Under the pieces are notes generated by a model that searched no databases, was not told the DNA's origin, and saw nothing but the letters and a program-made list of their open reading frames with translations. From Neophaeotheca triangularis (taxonomy: Eukaryota): DNA of 64,000 nucleotides. Numbering within the stretch: position 1 is the stretch's first letter; each line of letters opens with the position of its first letter. Positions 62,212-64,000 of the stretch are shown piece after piece. The stretch lies in the NCBI GenBank assembly GCA_054600435.1, contig BAAIJX010000045.1, forward strand, positions 1-64,000. The letters are read 5' to 3'. The translations under genes and the position numbers were made by a program.

Positions 62212-63492
62212 CTACTTCTTCGCCAAACCCGCGAAATGGAACTGTTGCAGTGCCGCCGCAGCCATCGGGCAAGGGTATTTGATGGCAATACACTTATTCA
62301 CCGCCTCGGTAAGCTTCCTGCACACCTCATCCGCCTCCTTGCATTCGGATAGACTCCAGACATCCTTCTCGAGCATCGCGGGAATGCACTTGGTGAACAT
62401 GGCGTTCCACCCGGCGGCCTTGCTGATGATCTCGTACATGATCTTGCTGTCGACGCCGAGTTTCTGGCAGAAGGCCATGCCCTCTACGGACGCCGCGAGG
62501 TGGATGCCCGAAAGCAGGTCGACGATGGTGTCCTTACTGATCTGGTGGTTCGAGTTCATGTTGACGTCGGCGTTGGCGCTTTGAGCTACGAGGTCGCCCT
62601 GGGATTTGGGGAGGTAGAGTTGCACCAGTTTAGCGTCATCGTCGCGGAGCATGCCCGCTTGCACGCCTTGCCAGTAGCATTGCTCAGCGCAAGCTACCAT
62701 TGGGGTGGGGTGTTGGCTCTTCCGAGCCGTGTCTGTCACGATGCAGCAGTCTTTGTGGATGATGCCCAGGGCTGAAAGCGGTGACCAGTCATTCTTGAGC
62801 ATGTGCGGCGCTCGGTTCTCGAACATGAAGCTAGCGCCGTCGGACTTGTTCACATGGTCTGTGACTGCTTGTGTGTTGAGGCCGACAGTGGCCGCGAGAC
62901 CCAGAGCTTCCGACGCGGTGATGATGTTTGTTGCGGCGAGCAATTGGTGGATAGTCTTGGTCTTGGTGCCTTGGCTGATGCCTCCCATGCGGTATAGGTT
63001 ACCCGACATGCACTCGAGCACTGCCTTTGCGTTGTCGAGGTCTGCATCGGGTCCCGACTCGAAGATTGAAAGTGTGCCATTTCCAGCTCTGATGGTGCCG
63101 CCGGATACCGGGCAATCTAGCAGCTTCACATCTGGTCGCTCAAACTCCTCGTCAAGCTTCAATCGCAGCTCATGCAGCCAGTGCGGTGGGCAGGTCGAGC
63201 AAAGGATAAAGGTCTTGCCCTTTCCAAGACCATGGATTGCCGCGTTTGCTCCTTCAAATAGTAATGCCTCGTTTTGTGCCGCGTTTGCTACCATGGAGAC
63301 TAGAAAGTCTGCTCCCTCTGCTAGCTCTTTCGGCGTCTGTGATCGCTTGCCGCCTGCCTCGACGAAACTGTCCATGAGAGGTTGGTAGACGTCGTAGCCG
63401 GTCACTTGGAAGCCTTCCTTGACCAAATTCTTCGCCATACCGCCGCCCATGGCTCCCAGGCCGGCGAATGCTACTGTCGGCTTACCAGACAT
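62212..63492 (-). CDS. Beta-hydroxyacid dehydrogenase (3-HIBADH/LtnD-like) with duplicated C-terminal helical domain
   Basis: AFAGLGAMGGGMA, DCPVSGG, catalytic KTIHQLL, SFMFENRAPHM. A second helical repeat reads LLSGIHLAASVEGMAF...IISKAAGWNAMF. Confidence 0.88.
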   Translation of the reverse strand: MSGKPTVAFAGLGAMGGGMAKNLVKEGFQVTGYDVYQPLMDSFVEAGGKRSQTPKELAEGADFLVSMVANAAQNEALLFEGANAAIHGLGKGKTFILCSTCPPHWLHELRLKLDEEFERPDVKLLDCPVSGGTIRAGNGTLSIFESGPDADLDNAKAVLECMSGNLYRMGGISQGTKTKTIHQLLAATNIITASEALGLAATVGLNTQAVTDHVNKSDGASFMFENRAPHMLKNDWSPLSALGIIHKDCCIVTDTARKSQHPTPMVACAEQCYWQGVQAGMLRDDDAKLVQLYLPKSQGDLVAQSANADVNMNSNHQISKDTIVDLLSGIHLAASVEGMAFCQKLGVDSKIMYEIISKAAGWNAMFTKCIPAMLEKDVWSLSECKEADEVCRKLTEAVNKCIAIKYPCPMAAAALQQFHFAGLAKK

Positions 63493-64000
63493 GATGCTAA
63501 AAGTTTCGAGTGGGACGTTGGTAGTCAAGGGATGGTGGGAGGGAGGATATGGGATATTGTTGAGGGACGCTTGATTTTGGGAGAGGAATGATTGAGTGGA
63601 AAGAACACGAAAAGGCAGGGCCTACTACTATAGACAACCTTGTCGGGTACTTGTACTAGGTATTGACGCATTTCCCCACGTAAACCCCCAAGGAGATTCA
63701 AATCCACTTGGCTGGGGAAGCGTGGGGGTCACCGGGGGTCAAACACTTAGCAGTGGAACTACTCTGAGAGGCAGCAGCGTCGAATGGACAAGAACATACA
63801 ATGGTGCTTGTGGTAGCGATATTCCTTATGTTGCAACAGCCCGAGTGCACGAAGAATCGCATCACAAGTGAAGTCATCTGATGGTCCCGGCTGTTGGATG
63901 CCCCCGGCAAAGAGTCCAAGACATCTCGCGATTCTTTCCGCTTCGGGACTAGCGCCATCAAGTCTTCGACGACTTCAGCCGCTCAGACCTCGCAAACAAT

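Overview
This is eukaryotic fungal DNA. Short GT-AG introns with CTRAC/CTAAT branch points and the gene content point to a filamentous ascomycete, probably a Dothideomycete (inference). About 23 protein-coding genes can be supported. Most are housekeeping: KRE9/KNH1-like, Xaa-Pro aminopeptidase, AAT, DUF1275, complex I NDUFA5, EPS1-like PDI, YPK1/Gad8, ADA2, MCD4, an SDR, an amino acid permease, PGI1, NAD(P)HX epimerase, MRPL4, GDI1, URA9, SAP30 and MDJ1. There is also a secreted GH42 beta-galactosidase and a beta-hydroxyacid dehydrogenase. Highlights not visible in the ORF track: (1) a U2 snRNA gene (minus strand, ~52192-52442) interrupted by a 62-nt spliceosomal GT-AG intron just after the branch-point recognition region, flanked by two diverged copies of a ~140-bp non-coding block; (2) an accessory island between PGI1 and the epimerase gene with two intact paralogs and one decayed paralog whose N-terminus resembles, by eye, a Ty1/copia Gag N-terminal region fused to an F-box-like motif, with tRNA-like B-box relics nearby; (3) an intronless, signal-peptide-bearing, bacterial-type GH42 with an inverted repeat in its promoter; (4) a four-exon orphan protein with a glycine-zipper-like N-terminus; (5) GC-AG introns and candidate dual-targeting N-termini. 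All family calls come from motif recognition by eye; no database searches were run.
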